DNA of 64,000 nucleotides from an uncultured delta proteobacterium. GTDB taxonomy: Bacteria > Myxococcota > Kuafuiibacteriia > Kuafuiibacteriales > Kuafuiibacteriaceae. Each line of letters starts with the position of its first letter. The first letter of the stretch is position 1. Both the position numbers and the translations under genes were made by a program. Below are positions 1 through 9,598 of the stretch, piece after piece. The notes below the pieces were generated by a model. That model was not told the DNA's origin. It searched no databases and saw nothing but the letters and a program-made list of their open reading frames with translations. Where the stretch lies: positions 1,440,001 through 1,504,000 of the forward strand of contig CAWDML010000009.1 in assembly GCA_963803435.1 (NCBI GenBank), given 5' to 3'.

Positions 1-1
1 A

Positions 2-469
2 CTCGGCGTCGGGTCCGCCGTCGGTCACCAGCACACCCGCCGAGGGAATGGTGGTGCCGCTGCCGGCAAGGAACCGCGCCACGAAGATGTCCGGGCTGCC
101 GAGGTGCGCCGACTGCCAGGCGATCAAGTGCGTGGCGGAGGACGGGTTGTAGACGATCGCCGGCTGGGTCTGGTTGCCGGCGAGCACCGAGTTCTCGAGC
201 AGGCCGATCCCGTTCGCATCCATGAGCGTTCCATCCGGCGCGATGCGGACCACGTACAGATCGCTGCCGTTCGCCGCCTGGTTGCGCCCGTCCTCATAGA
301 CCATCACGTACTGGGTGCCGTCCCACGAGATCGCCGGGGCGCGCTGCGAGGCTTGCGTCGTGAGCGTCAGCTCCGTCTGCGGACCGACGCTGGTCGCCCG
401 CGCTCCGGAGGCGGCGAAGAGCAGGGTGAAGAGGAGGACGGCAGAGAGCGTCGATCGGAAGGCTGGCAT
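2..469 (-). CDS. Secreted protein, 5' part only (runs off window); repeated P-A-I-x-(W/Y)-(D/N) units typical of myxobacterial surface beta-propeller proteins
   Basis: Not in ORF track. ATG at 469 gives MPAFRSTLSAVLLFTLLFAASGARA (signal peptide), then QRAPAISWDGTQYVMVYEDGR and QTQPAIVYNP..HLIAWQS; open to window edge. Confidence 0.75.
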   Translation of the reverse strand, partial: MPAFRSTLSAVLLFTLLFAASGARATSVGPQTELTLTTQASQRAPAISWDGTQYVMVYEDGRNQAANGSDLYVVRIAPDGTLMDANGIGLLENSVLAGNQTQPAIVYNPSSATHLIAWQSAHLGSPDIFVARFLAGSGTTIPSAGVLVTDGGPDAE

Positions 470-518
470 GAAACCCGCAGAACTTATCACCTGGCGCCAT
501 GGGATCGTATCGACTAGC

Positions 519-1526
519 ATGCCCGCCGTGCTTTCCGTTTTGAGCCTCACCAGCGCGCTGGTGGCCGCATCGCCGGCCAACGCCGACGCGCCGGACCGCC
601 TGATCACCCAGCAGGGCGTCGAGCTCCGCGCCGACGAGGACGTCTTCGTGCTCTACGCCGCGCTCAACGCGCTCGGCTACGGAGAAGAGACCCGGCACAA
701 GGGCCCGCCGCTCAAGGCCCCCGTCTTCCACGCGATCCGGGTCGAGGTTCGCGACGCGCTGCGCCAGGCGGACAAGAAGGGCGCCACCGCCGGCCTTCGC
801 AAGCTGTTCGACGACAACCCGGCCGAGATCGAGGCCTACCTCGAGGCCATCCTCGCCGGCGACAAGGACAAGCTCTCGAAGGACGCCACCAAGCTGAAGG
901 GCAAGCTCGGCGCGCTCGAGAAGTTCCGGGACGACGCGGACGTGGAGGCACTCTTCGATCAGATCGCCGAGGAGCAGCGCGCGCTCGCGATCACGCTCAA
1001 GAAGAACCTCGAGACCGACTTCGACACCGCCGAGAAGCTGATCGGCACCCACGACCTCCGCGCGCCCGCGTCGCTGGTGGTGGTACCGAATCCCCTCGAC
1101 GGCCACGACATCGTCCGCCGCGTCAGCGTCGGCGACGCTACCTACCTGGTGGTCGGCCCCGGGCTCGAAGCGGCCCAGAGCACCATCCTCTCCGCCAGCC
1201 TGCGGCCGCTGCTCGCCAAGTACGTCAAGGACGCCTGGCCGAACGCGAAGAAGTTCAAGGCGCACTGGGACAGCCTCAAGACCTCGAGCCGCATCACGCG
1301 CCTGTTCCGGGACGACGAGGCCTACTTCACCGCCGGTCTCGCGAACGCGATCGTCTACCAGGTGCGGACCGGCAAGGGCCGCACGAAGGACAAGGACGAG
1401 GACTTCATCGAGGAGCAGAGCAAGGACGGCATGCGCTGGGCCCGCGCAGCGCTCCGGATCCTCGACGAGAGCAAGGGTCAGATGTCGTCCGAGCTGTCCA
1501 AGTCGATCGCCCGCGCCTCGCCCTGA
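519..1526 (+). CDS. Secreted hypothetical protein
   Basis: ATG 519 gives signal peptide MPAVLSVLSLTSALVAASPANA; strong GC3 codon bias; divergent from previous gene. Confidence 0.75.
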   Translation: MPAVLSVLSLTSALVAASPANADAPDRLITQQGVELRADEDVFVLYAALNALGYGEETRHKGPPLKAPVFHAIRVEVRDALRQADKKGATAGLRKLFDDNPAEIEAYLEAILAGDKDKLSKDATKLKGKLGALEKFRDDADVEALFDQIAEEQRALAITLKKNLETDFDTAEKLIGTHDLRAPASLVVVPNPLDGHDIVRRVSVGDATYLVVGPGLEAAQSTILSASLRPLLAKYVKDAWPNAKKFKAHWDSLKTSSRITRLFRDDEAYFTAGLANAIVYQVRTGKGRTKDKDEDFIEEQSKDGMRWARAALRILDESKGQMSSELSKSIARASP

Positions 1527-1550
1527 CGCCTCACCGTCGCGGTCCGCCCA

Positions 1551-2624
1551 TCACTGATAGAAGACGTAGGCCATGCGGGCCTGGTGCTGCGAGTAGTTCT
1601 CACCTTGATCGACCCAACCGTCGATCCCGCGGCTGTTCGAGTTCGCATCGTGGCCGGTGACGCTCAGGCTGGCGCGGTGGGCGGCGTCGAAGGTGATCGT
1701 CTGGTGGTGGTTGGCGCGCGCCTTCAGCCCGTCCGAGCGCCGCACGAAGATGAAGTCGATGCCGGCCTCACCTCGAACGCAGGCCTTCTTGCCGTCGCAC
1801 CACTCGAACATGGGATCGGTGAAGCCGTCGAGCGACTTGGGTGAGCAGCCGGCCGCCGAGAGGGCCGGGTTCATCTCGCGATACCAGCACGCGTAGTCGC
1901 CGCCCGCGGTGAAGGCGCGATCGTTGAAGTCGCCCGCGACGATGTGCAGCTCGGACTGCCCGCCCAGCCCGTGGTGCGCGTTGGCGCCGTTGGACACGCC
2001 CTCCACGGTCTCGAAGATGTTCTTGCTGGAGCAGGGCTTCCAGGTCCAGTGGCGGAGGCTCACCGCGATCACGTGTTTCTTGGCCACCTTGTCCCAGAGC
2101 CTCACCCGGATCGACTCGTACCCCGAGTGGTTCGAGCGTTGGTCGCAGGTCTTGGGTTGCTTGGCGAAGCCGTGCCCCCAGGGCATCCAGGTCTCCTTGC
2201 TGACCAGATCGAAGCGCGCCGCCCGCCAGATGATGCCGGTGGTGACCGGGGGCCGCGGGATGACCTGGGCCTGGAAGCGCGTGTCGTCCGGGTGGTTCTG
2301 CGCCACCACGCCGTCGTACTTGCGTCCCAGGATCTTCTTCATGGCGTCGGCCATGCGGTCGAGGCCCTTCTTTCCGCTCACCTGCTGGACCAGGAAGATG
2401 TCCGGGCGGAGGGGCTTCTCCTTCATGAAGTACACGGAATCGTTCCAGTCGAAGATCATGTTCTCGACGTTGTTCGAGTACACGACCAGGCGGTCGGGAT
2501 CGCTGTTGGTCGCCAGATCGTCGACATCCGTGGCCAGCGCGTCGGACGGCTCGGCAGCGGGGCCGCAGGCCCCGGTGAGGCTCGCAAGGCAGGCGGAGAG
2601 GAGGAGCGATGAAGAGCGGGACAT
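1551..2624 (-). CDS. Endonuclease/exonuclease/phosphatase (EEP) family lipoprotein
   Basis: Lipobox-like LTGAC; motifs VYSNNV, PDIFLVQQV, IVAGDFND, GIDFIFVR, SQH near C-terminus. Confidence 0.75.
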   Translation of the reverse strand: MSRSSSLLLSACLASLTGACGPAAEPSDALATDVDDLATNSDPDRLVVYSNNVENMIFDWNDSVYFMKEKPLRPDIFLVQQVSGKKGLDRMADAMKKILGRKYDGVVAQNHPDDTRFQAQVIPRPPVTTGIIWRAARFDLVSKETWMPWGHGFAKQPKTCDQRSNHSGYESIRVRLWDKVAKKHVIAVSLRHWTWKPCSSKNIFETVEGVSNGANAHHGLGGQSELHIVAGDFNDRAFTAGGDYACWYREMNPALSAAGCSPKSLDGFTDPMFEWCDGKKACVRGEAGIDFIFVRRSDGLKARANHHQTITFDAAHRASLSVTGHDANSNSRGIDGWVDQGENYSQHQARMAYVFYQ

Positions 2625-2754
2625 GCGCGACGGTTGTCGGCGAGAAACCTCACGGGTTGCGCGCGCTGGCTTACACGGCGCGCGTAAGCAGACTCGGCGC
2701 ACCGCAGCGAGGCCGCCCGCCGATACCTGCCGCCGGCCGTCTCGGCGCCTCACC

Positions 2755-3300
2755 TCACCACGACTGCACGAGCAACGTCGCTGCGCCGCCAACCGCGAGC
2801 GAGAACGGCGCGATCCGCGCCCGGGCGTCGGCCTCGAAGGCGAGGGTGACGCCCTCCAGGAGCTCCACCGCCACGCCCGCGGCGAAGTAGGGCCCCAGAC
2901 CGAGCTGCGTCTCCGGCGGCTCGAGTCGCACCAGGGCGGCGCCGAGGCCGCCCCGCAGGAACGGCATGACGCGTCCGACCAGCGGATCGAGGAGGAGGTC
3001 CAGGCGCGCGCCGCCGAACAGGCCCAGCTCGTGACGGGTCTCGGCGGCGGCGCCCATGACGGCGCCGCGGACGCCGAGCTCGAAGAGGAAGAGACTCCCG
3101 CCCGGGATCAGCCAGCCGGCCTCGACGGTGCGGGCCGCCCCGAATGCACGCAAGGCCCCGCCGCCGTGGCCCTCCAGCTCGGCCGCGGCGCCCACGGTGA
3201 CGAAACCGCCGTGGCCACGAAGAGGAGACGCTTGCGCGGGGGCCGGCGTTGCAGTGAAGAGGACGACATGGAGAAGGACGAGCCCCGCTGGGACGAAGCG
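2755..3300 (-). CDS. Small outer-membrane beta-barrel-like protein (start codon unresolved)
   Basis: Alternating hydrophobic strands (PFLRGGLGAALV, PYFAAGVAVEL) and terminal Trp; upstream signal-like LVLLHVVLFTATPAPAQA has no clear start codon. Confidence 0.5.
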   Translation of the reverse strand, partial: RFVPAGLVLLHVVLFTATPAPAQASPLRGHGGFVTVGAAAELEGHGGGALRAFGAARTVEAGWLIPGGSLFLFELGVRGAVMGAAAETRHELGLFGGARLDLLLDPLVGRVMPFLRGGLGAALVRLEPPETQLGLGPYFAAGVAVELLEGVTLAFEADARARIAPFSLAVGGAATLLVQSW

Positions 3301-3681
3301 CCGGACGCCGATCTGATCGCGGAGCTCCTGACCGAGCGCTACCCGATCGAGAAGGGGGAGCGCCTCCGGGTCGAGATCGACGAGCCCGAGCACGCCGCGC
3401 TCCTCACCCTCGACACCGAGCGACGTCTCTATCGGATCCGTGTCGAGTACCTGCGCGGCGCCAAGGATCGGGACCCATGGCTCTTGATCGTCGACGCGGT
3501 CGACAGCCTCTTCGGCACACTCATCGAGTCGAACCGCGCATACCGCGACCTCCCCACCGGCGACGACGTCGAGTTCGACGGCGCGTTCTTCCGCGTCAGG
3601 GTCGAGCACGAGATGCCGGAGATGGACCGGATCGCGGACCAGATCCTGAAGCGCGGAGAGCATCCGGAGGAGGGCGACTGA
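3268..3681 (+). CDS. Hypothetical acidic protein
   Basis: ATG 3268 preceded by AGAGGA; globular-looking sequence with normal codon bias; converges on FHA gene. Confidence 0.7.
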   Translation: MEKDEPRWDEAPDADLIAELLTERYPIEKGERLRVEIDEPEHAALLTLDTERRLYRIRVEYLRGAKDRDPWLLIVDAVDSLFGTLIESNRAYRDLPTGDDVEFDGAFFRVRVEHEMPEMDRIADQILKRGEHPEEGD

Positions 3682-5253
3682 TCACTCCTCGGTGATCTTG
3701 ATCGTCGTCTCGTCGATCTGGATGACGTCACCCGACTTCAGAAACGTCTGGAGCTTGGGGAGCCCGTTCACTCGGGCAGCCGACGACGAGCCGAGGCGGA
3801 CCAGGAGCAGCGAGTCCCGCACGCGCACCAGCAGGCTGTGGCGGCCGGCGACGTAGCGGCCGCGGAGCTGGATATCCGACTCCCGATCCTTGCCGAGGAT
3901 CGTCACCGGGTTCATCAGCGGTCCGGAGAAGATCTTCTTCGTCCCGTGCTGAACGTCGAGGAAGAACTTCCGCTGCTTCGCGCGGATCGCCATGTTCTTG
4001 TCGAGCTCCCGCTTGTCGACCATCATGGTCGACAGCAGCTGCGACATCGAGCTCTTGCTCCGCTCGAGCAGCACGGAGGGCTCCTCGTAGGCCTCGGCCG
4101 AGTCCTCCTCGCGCGCGCCGTACCACTCCTCGAGCTCTGCGTCGGGCCGGACCTCGCCCCAATCGTCGGCGACATCGTCGAGCTCTCGGGTCTGCTCGGG
4201 GCGATGGGCCGGGAGGGCGCGCACCTTCTTCCGCGGCTTCTTCGCCGGCGCCCGCTCGACCTTGAGCGGCTGGATCGGCCGGCTCCGCGTGCGCCGCTCC
4301 CTCGCCATCTTGGGCGCCTCGACCAGCGGATCGCGCTTGGGTGCCCGCGGGACGGCCTGGATCGGCATGCGCGCCGGCTCGCCGTCGGGATCCTCGTCGA
4401 GATCGCTCGGCGAGATCAGGCTCCGATCGACCACCGAGGGCGGAGGGATGCCCGTCTCGCCGTACGCCTCGGGAAACTCGGTCTCCTCGCGCTCGATGCC
4501 GGAGGACGAGCGGGGCGCGTCGTCCCGCGGGTTCTTCACGTGCACGCTGTCGGGCCCGTCGTAGTCGGCGACGTGCGCGAGATACAGGATCGAGTACTCG
4601 GCGAAGTTCAGGATGTCGCCGTGCTTGAGCCCGTGGCTGCCCTGGATCCGCTTGCGGTTGACGTAGGTGCCGTTCTGGCTGCCGAGGTCCTGGAGCACGA
4701 AGCCCGAGGAGTCGCGGATGATCTCGCAGTGGCGTCGCGACAGCCGGCGCTCGGCGATCTGGACGTCGCAGTCCTTCGCGCGCCCGATCAGGCAGCGCTC
4801 GTTCGTGAGCGTGAAGCGCTGGAGCTCGACGTCGTTGTACTTGAGGACCAGCAGCGGGGCGTCCGGCTCGGCGTCCTCCTGATCGGCGATCGGATCGTCC
4901 GGCGCTTCCAGCTGTGTGACCTCGTGGCGACGCGGGCGTGCGGACTTGATGTCGGGGTCCGGCGAATGATCACTGAAGACGAAGTGGTAGGTCCCCAGCG
5001 TGATGGTGTCGGCGTCGTTGAGCGCCCGGGCGTTCCGGATGCGCTCGCTGTTGACGAAGACCCCGTTCTGGCTGCCGAGGTCCTGCACGGCGAAGCGCCC
5101 GTTCTTGCAGGAGACCTCGGCGTGCCGGCGGGAGAGCGCCAGGTTGTTGATGACGATGTCGTTGTCCTGCGCCCGCCCGATCGTGGTGACGGCCGGATTG
5201 AGCACGAACTTTCGGACCTCCCGACCTTGAACCACCAACGTCAGGTGCGCCAC
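3682..5253 (-). CDS. Triple FHA-domain protein
   Basis: Two canonical FHA domains (IGR..SRRH..DLGSQNG..VN) and a third degenerate C-terminal FHA, joined by a disordered acidic/Pro linker. Confidence 0.9.
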   Translation of the reverse strand: MAHLTLVVQGREVRKFVLNPAVTTIGRAQDNDIVINNLALSRRHAEVSCKNGRFAVQDLGSQNGVFVNSERIRNARALNDADTITLGTYHFVFSDHSPDPDIKSARPRRHEVTQLEAPDDPIADQEDAEPDAPLLVLKYNDVELQRFTLTNERCLIGRAKDCDVQIAERRLSRRHCEIIRDSSGFVLQDLGSQNGTYVNRKRIQGSHGLKHGDILNFAEYSILYLAHVADYDGPDSVHVKNPRDDAPRSSSGIEREETEFPEAYGETGIPPPSVVDRSLISPSDLDEDPDGEPARMPIQAVPRAPKRDPLVEAPKMARERRTRSRPIQPLKVERAPAKKPRKKVRALPAHRPEQTRELDDVADDWGEVRPDAELEEWYGAREEDSAEAYEEPSVLLERSKSSMSQLLSTMMVDKRELDKNMAIRAKQRKFFLDVQHGTKKIFSGPLMNPVTILGKDRESDIQLRGRYVAGRHSLLVRVRDSLLLVRLGSSSAARVNGLPKLQTFLKSGDVIQIDETTIKITEE

Positions 5254-5281
5254 GGGGTCCGAAGGGTAGCATACCGGCGCG

Positions 5282-6799
5282 CTAGAGGAACAATCCGAAG
5301 CCGAGGGAGAGGTTCGCGCCGCCGAAGGCCGGGCCGCCGGTGTCGAAGCCGATGCGACCGGAGACGCCGAGCCGGGTGAACAGCATCGGCGTGATCGACA
5401 TCAGCAGGTCGACGTCGACGTCCACCCCGAGCCGAAGATGCGTCGTCTTGTCGACGACGTTGTCCGGCGCCGCGTCGAGGTCCCAAACGTCGAGGAAGAA
5501 GTCCCCGCCCGGCCGCAGCATCAGCCGCTCCGAGAGCAGGATCAGGTACCCCAGGCCGAGCTCCCCCGCATACGTGGTGGCCCCGTCGATCGTGACGTGC
5601 GCGCTTCGATCGATCCCGCCCTCCGCCACATCGCGGTGGTAGGCGCGCGCGAAGGACGCTGGGGCCCGGCCGAAGCGTCCCGCCAGCGAGAACGCGAAGC
5701 CGCCCGGGGCGAGATACCCGATCTGGGCGCCGCCGCGGATGATCCCGTTCGGGCTGATCGCGCCCGTCCCGAGCGCCGGCAGCATCTCGCCGTCGAGCGT
5801 CAGGCTGGTGCCCGAGCTCTCGACGCCGTAGTCGAGCTGAACCTCGAGCATCACCTTGCTCTTGTCGAAGAACTGCTCCTCGCGGAGCTCGGCCTCGACG
5901 TCGACCGCATCCAGCGAAGCCCGGGCCTCCGGGCGGCCGTTCTGCGCACGCGGAAACTCCCGGAGCATCGCCTTCACGAACGGGGGCGCGGCCAGGGAGG
6001 CCTTCTGTGCGTCGGTCATCGCGGCGTTGCCCGGCGCGACAAAGCCGTAGGCGAGGAACGGGTGGTGCTCGAGCAGCTTGCCGCCCTCGGGGAAGTCGGG
6101 GAGCTGCCGGCTCCACAGCCGGACCCCCGTCTTGCGATCGAAGAGGAACGCCTGCCCGACCAGCAGTCGGCCGTGCACCGCATACGCGCGGCCCTCGTGC
6201 CGCGCGAGCGGGATCCCGGTGTCTCCAGGGAGCTGCGAGGAGGCCTTCGAGGGCTCGTGGAGCTTGAACTCGTCGACCATCAGCGTGCGGACCACCAGGA
6301 TCGCATCCGCATGGCTTTTGACCCGCACGTCCTCGAGCGTGGCGTCGGACGCAAGCTGGGTTGCACTCACGCTCGAGGCGAGCCGCGACTGACCGGGGGC
6401 AGGAGGGGGGGTCGAGGGGGTCACGGCGAGCGTCGAGGTCACCACCGTCGAGGTCTCCACCGGGGGCGCCGGCGCCACCTCCGGAGTGACGCCCAGGAAC
6501 CGCACCTGGAAGCCGCGCGCCGAGAGGTCGGCCGCCAGCGAGGTGGCCAACGCGTCGTTCATCGCCGCGTCCTCGTGCTCGACGGCCAGCACCGAAGTCC
6601 GATGCGGCGCGGCGAACGGCTCCACGTCAATCGTGTCGCCCGTCGCGATGGGCGGGCCCTTGGCCACCACCACCACGTCGATCGTATGCAGCGTGAGCGC
6701 CGACAGCTCGCCGCGGGTGTACGAGCGGGCCGTGACGCCGCCGACGCTGGTGCACGCTGTACCGAGGAAGAGGAAGAGCACGAGACCGGCGCGGCGCAT
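5282..6799 (-). CDS. Lipoprotein with C-terminal outer-membrane beta-barrel-like region
   Basis: MRRAGLVLFLFLGTAC lipobox; C-terminal amphipathic strands ending LSLGFGLFL; TGATG overlap with upstream gene. Confidence 0.7.
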   Translation of the reverse strand: MRRAGLVLFLFLGTACTSVGGVTARSYTRGELSALTLHTIDVVVVAKGPPIATGDTIDVEPFAAPHRTSVLAVEHEDAAMNDALATSLAADLSARGFQVRFLGVTPEVAPAPPVETSTVVTSTLAVTPSTPPPAPGQSRLASSVSATQLASDATLEDVRVKSHADAILVVRTLMVDEFKLHEPSKASSQLPGDTGIPLARHEGRAYAVHGRLLVGQAFLFDRKTGVRLWSRQLPDFPEGGKLLEHHPFLAYGFVAPGNAAMTDAQKASLAAPPFVKAMLREFPRAQNGRPEARASLDAVDVEAELREEQFFDKSKVMLEVQLDYGVESSGTSLTLDGEMLPALGTGAISPNGIIRGGAQIGYLAPGGFAFSLAGRFGRAPASFARAYHRDVAEGGIDRSAHVTIDGATTYAGELGLGYLILLSERLMLRPGGDFFLDVWDLDAAPDNVVDKTTHLRLGVDVDVDLLMSITPMLFTRLGVSGRIGFDTGGPAFGGANLSLGFGLFL

Positions 6800-7731
6800 C
6801 AATTCTTCCTGCATACGAAGTGGGTGTAGGTAATTCCGTAGTGGAGGTCGACGACCTGACACTGGAAGCTCGGTCCAAGATCCGAGCAGTCCGAGCCGGG
6901 GCCGCCGCAGATCCGCGTGCACACGTTCTGGAAGCACAGACCGTACTGGCACATGTCGTCACCGTCGATCGTGTTGCTCGGGCAGGCCTGACCGAGCGGG
7001 ATCCGGTCCGAGTCGAGCCGCGAGCACACGGCGACGTGGTCGACGTCGCGCGGCTCGTGGATGTTCCGCCAGACGCACTTGGTGGGGGCGTCGCACTGCG
7101 AGGGCGTGTCGCAAGGCACCTCGCAGAGGTTGAAGTCGGGACGCTCTCGAGAGGCCATCCCGCGCGCGCAGACACGCTGGCCGTCGCACTCGGTGGTCCG
7201 GTCGCCGCGGGCCCGGCAAAACGGCGCGCAGACCCCGGTCGAGCACACGCCGTTTGGGCACTCATCGTCCGCCGTGCAGTCGTCGTAGTAACGCTTGCTG
7301 CCGTCCACAGGCGGCGTACAGACCGTGGCTGCCTGACCCTCGGGCGCGCTGCAGACGAACGCGCCGCACGCCAGATCATCGTTGCACGCGGTGATCACGG
7401 CGCAGCCCGGATCGTCGACGACGCCGTTGCAGTCGTCGTCCAGACCGTTGCAGAGATCCGTCTCGCCGCACTCGCGGACCTGCCGAATACAGAGACCCTC
7501 AGGCTCGATACCGCTCAGATCCTGGCTCACGCCCAGCCGGCAGGTCATGTCCCGCGGGCAGTCGTTCAGGCCGCTGCAGCTCTTGGTGCAGTAGCTCTTC
7601 GCCTGGTTCACGTCGAAGACGCAGGTCGGGTTGTCGGATCCGCAGTCCCCGTCGACGTTGCATTCACCGCCCGGGACGGCGTCGACGCACGACAGGGGCA
7701 CGAGCAGGAGCAGGAGCAGAAGAGCGCGCAT
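6799..7731 (-). CDS. Cysteine-rich lipoprotein with putative metal-binding (MopE-like) motif
   Basis: MRALLLLLLLVPLSC lipobox; many C-x5-C units; ETDLCNGLDDDCNGVVDD motif. Confidence 0.8.
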   Translation of the reverse strand: MRALLLLLLLVPLSCVDAVPGGECNVDGDCGSDNPTCVFDVNQAKSYCTKSCSGLNDCPRDMTCRLGVSQDLSGIEPEGLCIRQVRECGETDLCNGLDDDCNGVVDDPGCAVITACNDDLACGAFVCSAPEGQAATVCTPPVDGSKRYYDDCTADDECPNGVCSTGVCAPFCRARGDRTTECDGQRVCARGMASRERPDFNLCEVPCDTPSQCDAPTKCVWRNIHEPRDVDHVAVCSRLDSDRIPLGQACPSNTIDGDDMCQYGLCFQNVCTRICGGPGSDCSDLGPSFQCQVVDLHYGITYTHFVCRKN

Positions 7732-7822
7732 TCGGCCCCGGAACCCAAGCCCACCAGGAGCCAGGAGGTCCAGCGCTCCTTTGGGACTCTTTTTTACATA
7801 ACGTCCATTATCGGACACACCC

Positions 7823-9493
7823 TCAGAAGAACGTGGCCGTGACGCCGGCCTGCGCCAGGAGCACATGGCGCGTCGCCGCGGTCATCTGCTGGGTCGGCGC
7901 GGACACCTCGGGGCGGACGACGCGCGCGTGGAAGATGTAATCGCGGAGCTCGACGGTCAGCGCGAAGGCGTCGAACAGCGAGAAGTTGATCCCGCCGCCG
8001 ACGTGGCCGAGGACCTTCAGGCGGTTCGGCTCGTACACGAACACGGGCCTGTCGCCCTGGACTTCGTCGGCGGGCGGACAGGTGGCGCCAAGGCCGAACA
8101 CGTCCGGGTCGAGCGCCATCCCCGGCGTACAGGGCACCCGGGTCGAGCCGACGCCGGCGCCGGCCGCGAGGTACAGCGTCAGGTCACCGTCGAACGGGAT
8201 CCCGAGCGGCGTCAGGCGGCTCCTGACCACGTTGACGCGAACGCCGGCCGCCAGCGCCCAGTCGAGCTGCGTGAGCCTGGCCAGCTCCGGGGTGAGCTTG
8301 CCCTTGTCGAGGAGCTCGCGCGTGAGCCCGCTCGGCGACGCGAACAGATAGCTGCCGAGGACCTCGACCGCGAGAAAATCGAAGATGTCGTAGTCGAGGT
8401 CGAGCGTGAGCGCCGATGCGCGCACGAAGGGATCGACCAGGCTGATGCCCGCGGCCGGCGTGATCGAGAGATGGTTGGCGAGGCTTCGGAGCGGCGGCTC
8501 GACGGCGTCGCCCGAGTCGTGCCAGCCCGCGGGATCGAGGCTGATCCGCAGGCCGCCCTGCAGCTGGAGGCTCTGGGTGATCCCGCCGCTCGGATCCGGA
8601 AAGAAGAGCTCGCGGAGCTCGATCTCCAGCGCGATGGCCTCGCGGAACGCGAACACGCGCAGGCCGCCGCCGGCCTGGAAGATCGGTGCGATCCGGTTGC
8701 TCTCCGGGGTCTCGGTCGCCAGCGACATCGTGGCGGGCCGGCGCACGTTGCCGACGCCGGCGGCGATCGCGGCGTAGATCTCGAGGCTCGGCCCCTCGAG
8801 GAGCCCGATCAGGTGCATCGGCGCCCGGGCCAGGCTGACGACGGCGCCCGCGCCGAGGCTCCACTCGGGCGCGTGCTCGTCCGAGAGCGCGTTCGCGAGG
8901 CCGCTCAGCTCCACCTCCTGGGCGAGCCCCCCGAGGCCGTTGCGCGGGTAGGCGTTGAGGACGGCCTCGATCCCGGCGCCTTCGAGGAGCCAGTAGCGGT
9001 AGCTGGCGAGGAGCCCGTCGGCGTAGGTCAGCCGGGAGCCGATACCGTGGGAGAAGCCCACCAGGAGCTCGTGCTGGGCGCGCCCGTCAACCGCGCGCTC
9101 GGTCTCGATCGTGGTGGGCTCGGGGGCAGCGGGCTTCGATGGCAGGCGCGGGACCGCCGGCGCGGTCTTCATCGGCACGTCGCCGGGCGCGGGCCCGATC
9201 TCGACGCCCGGAAGGTCGATCGTCCAGACCGAGATCAGCACGGCGACCGCCTCCATCAGCTCGGCGCAACCTACCTTGCGATCGAGATCGCGCTCGCCCA
9301 CGAGCGCGCCCGCTGGGTCCCGGAGGCGCACGCGCAGGTACTCGCTGGAGACCTCGAGCTCGACGATCTCGTCCGAAGCGGACGGAACGTCGGCCAGCCG
9401 CGCCCGCAGGTCGTCGACGTTCGGACAGCCTGCGTCTCCGTGGACCTCGAAGGCCGCGATCAGCGGGAGAAGCAAGGGAATCAGTGGAGCCAT
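7823..9493 (-). CDS. Secreted protein with N-terminal two-Cys domain and two tandem myxobacterial OMP beta-barrel domains (GltA/GltB/GltH-like family)
   Basis: Signal-like MAPLIPLLLPLIAA; Pro linker; two barrel-like repeats (HELLVGFS.. and NHLSITPAAGISLVDPF..); C-terminal VTATFF beta-signal. Confidence 0.7.
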   Translation of the reverse strand: MAPLIPLLLPLIAAFEVHGDAGCPNVDDLRARLADVPSASDEIVELEVSSEYLRVRLRDPAGALVGERDLDRKVGCAELMEAVAVLISVWTIDLPGVEIGPAPGDVPMKTAPAVPRLPSKPAAPEPTTIETERAVDGRAQHELLVGFSHGIGSRLTYADGLLASYRYWLLEGAGIEAVLNAYPRNGLGGLAQEVELSGLANALSDEHAPEWSLGAGAVVSLARAPMHLIGLLEGPSLEIYAAIAAGVGNVRRPATMSLATETPESNRIAPIFQAGGGLRVFAFREAIALEIELRELFFPDPSGGITQSLQLQGGLRISLDPAGWHDSGDAVEPPLRSLANHLSITPAAGISLVDPFVRASALTLDLDYDIFDFLAVEVLGSYLFASPSGLTRELLDKGKLTPELARLTQLDWALAAGVRVNVVRSRLTPLGIPFDGDLTLYLAAGAGVGSTRVPCTPGMALDPDVFGLGATCPPADEVQGDRPVFVYEPNRLKVLGHVGGGINFSLFDAFALTVELRDYIFHARVVRPEVSAPTQQMTAATRHVLLAQAGVTATFF

Positions 9494-9598
9494 CGATGGA
9501 GTACGTGCCGCGTCGAGGCAGGACCTTTCACGAGATTTTCCGTCAGTCGGCTCCGTAGGCGAAGGACACGCCACCTTCGCAGATCGCGAGGGCCCGCG

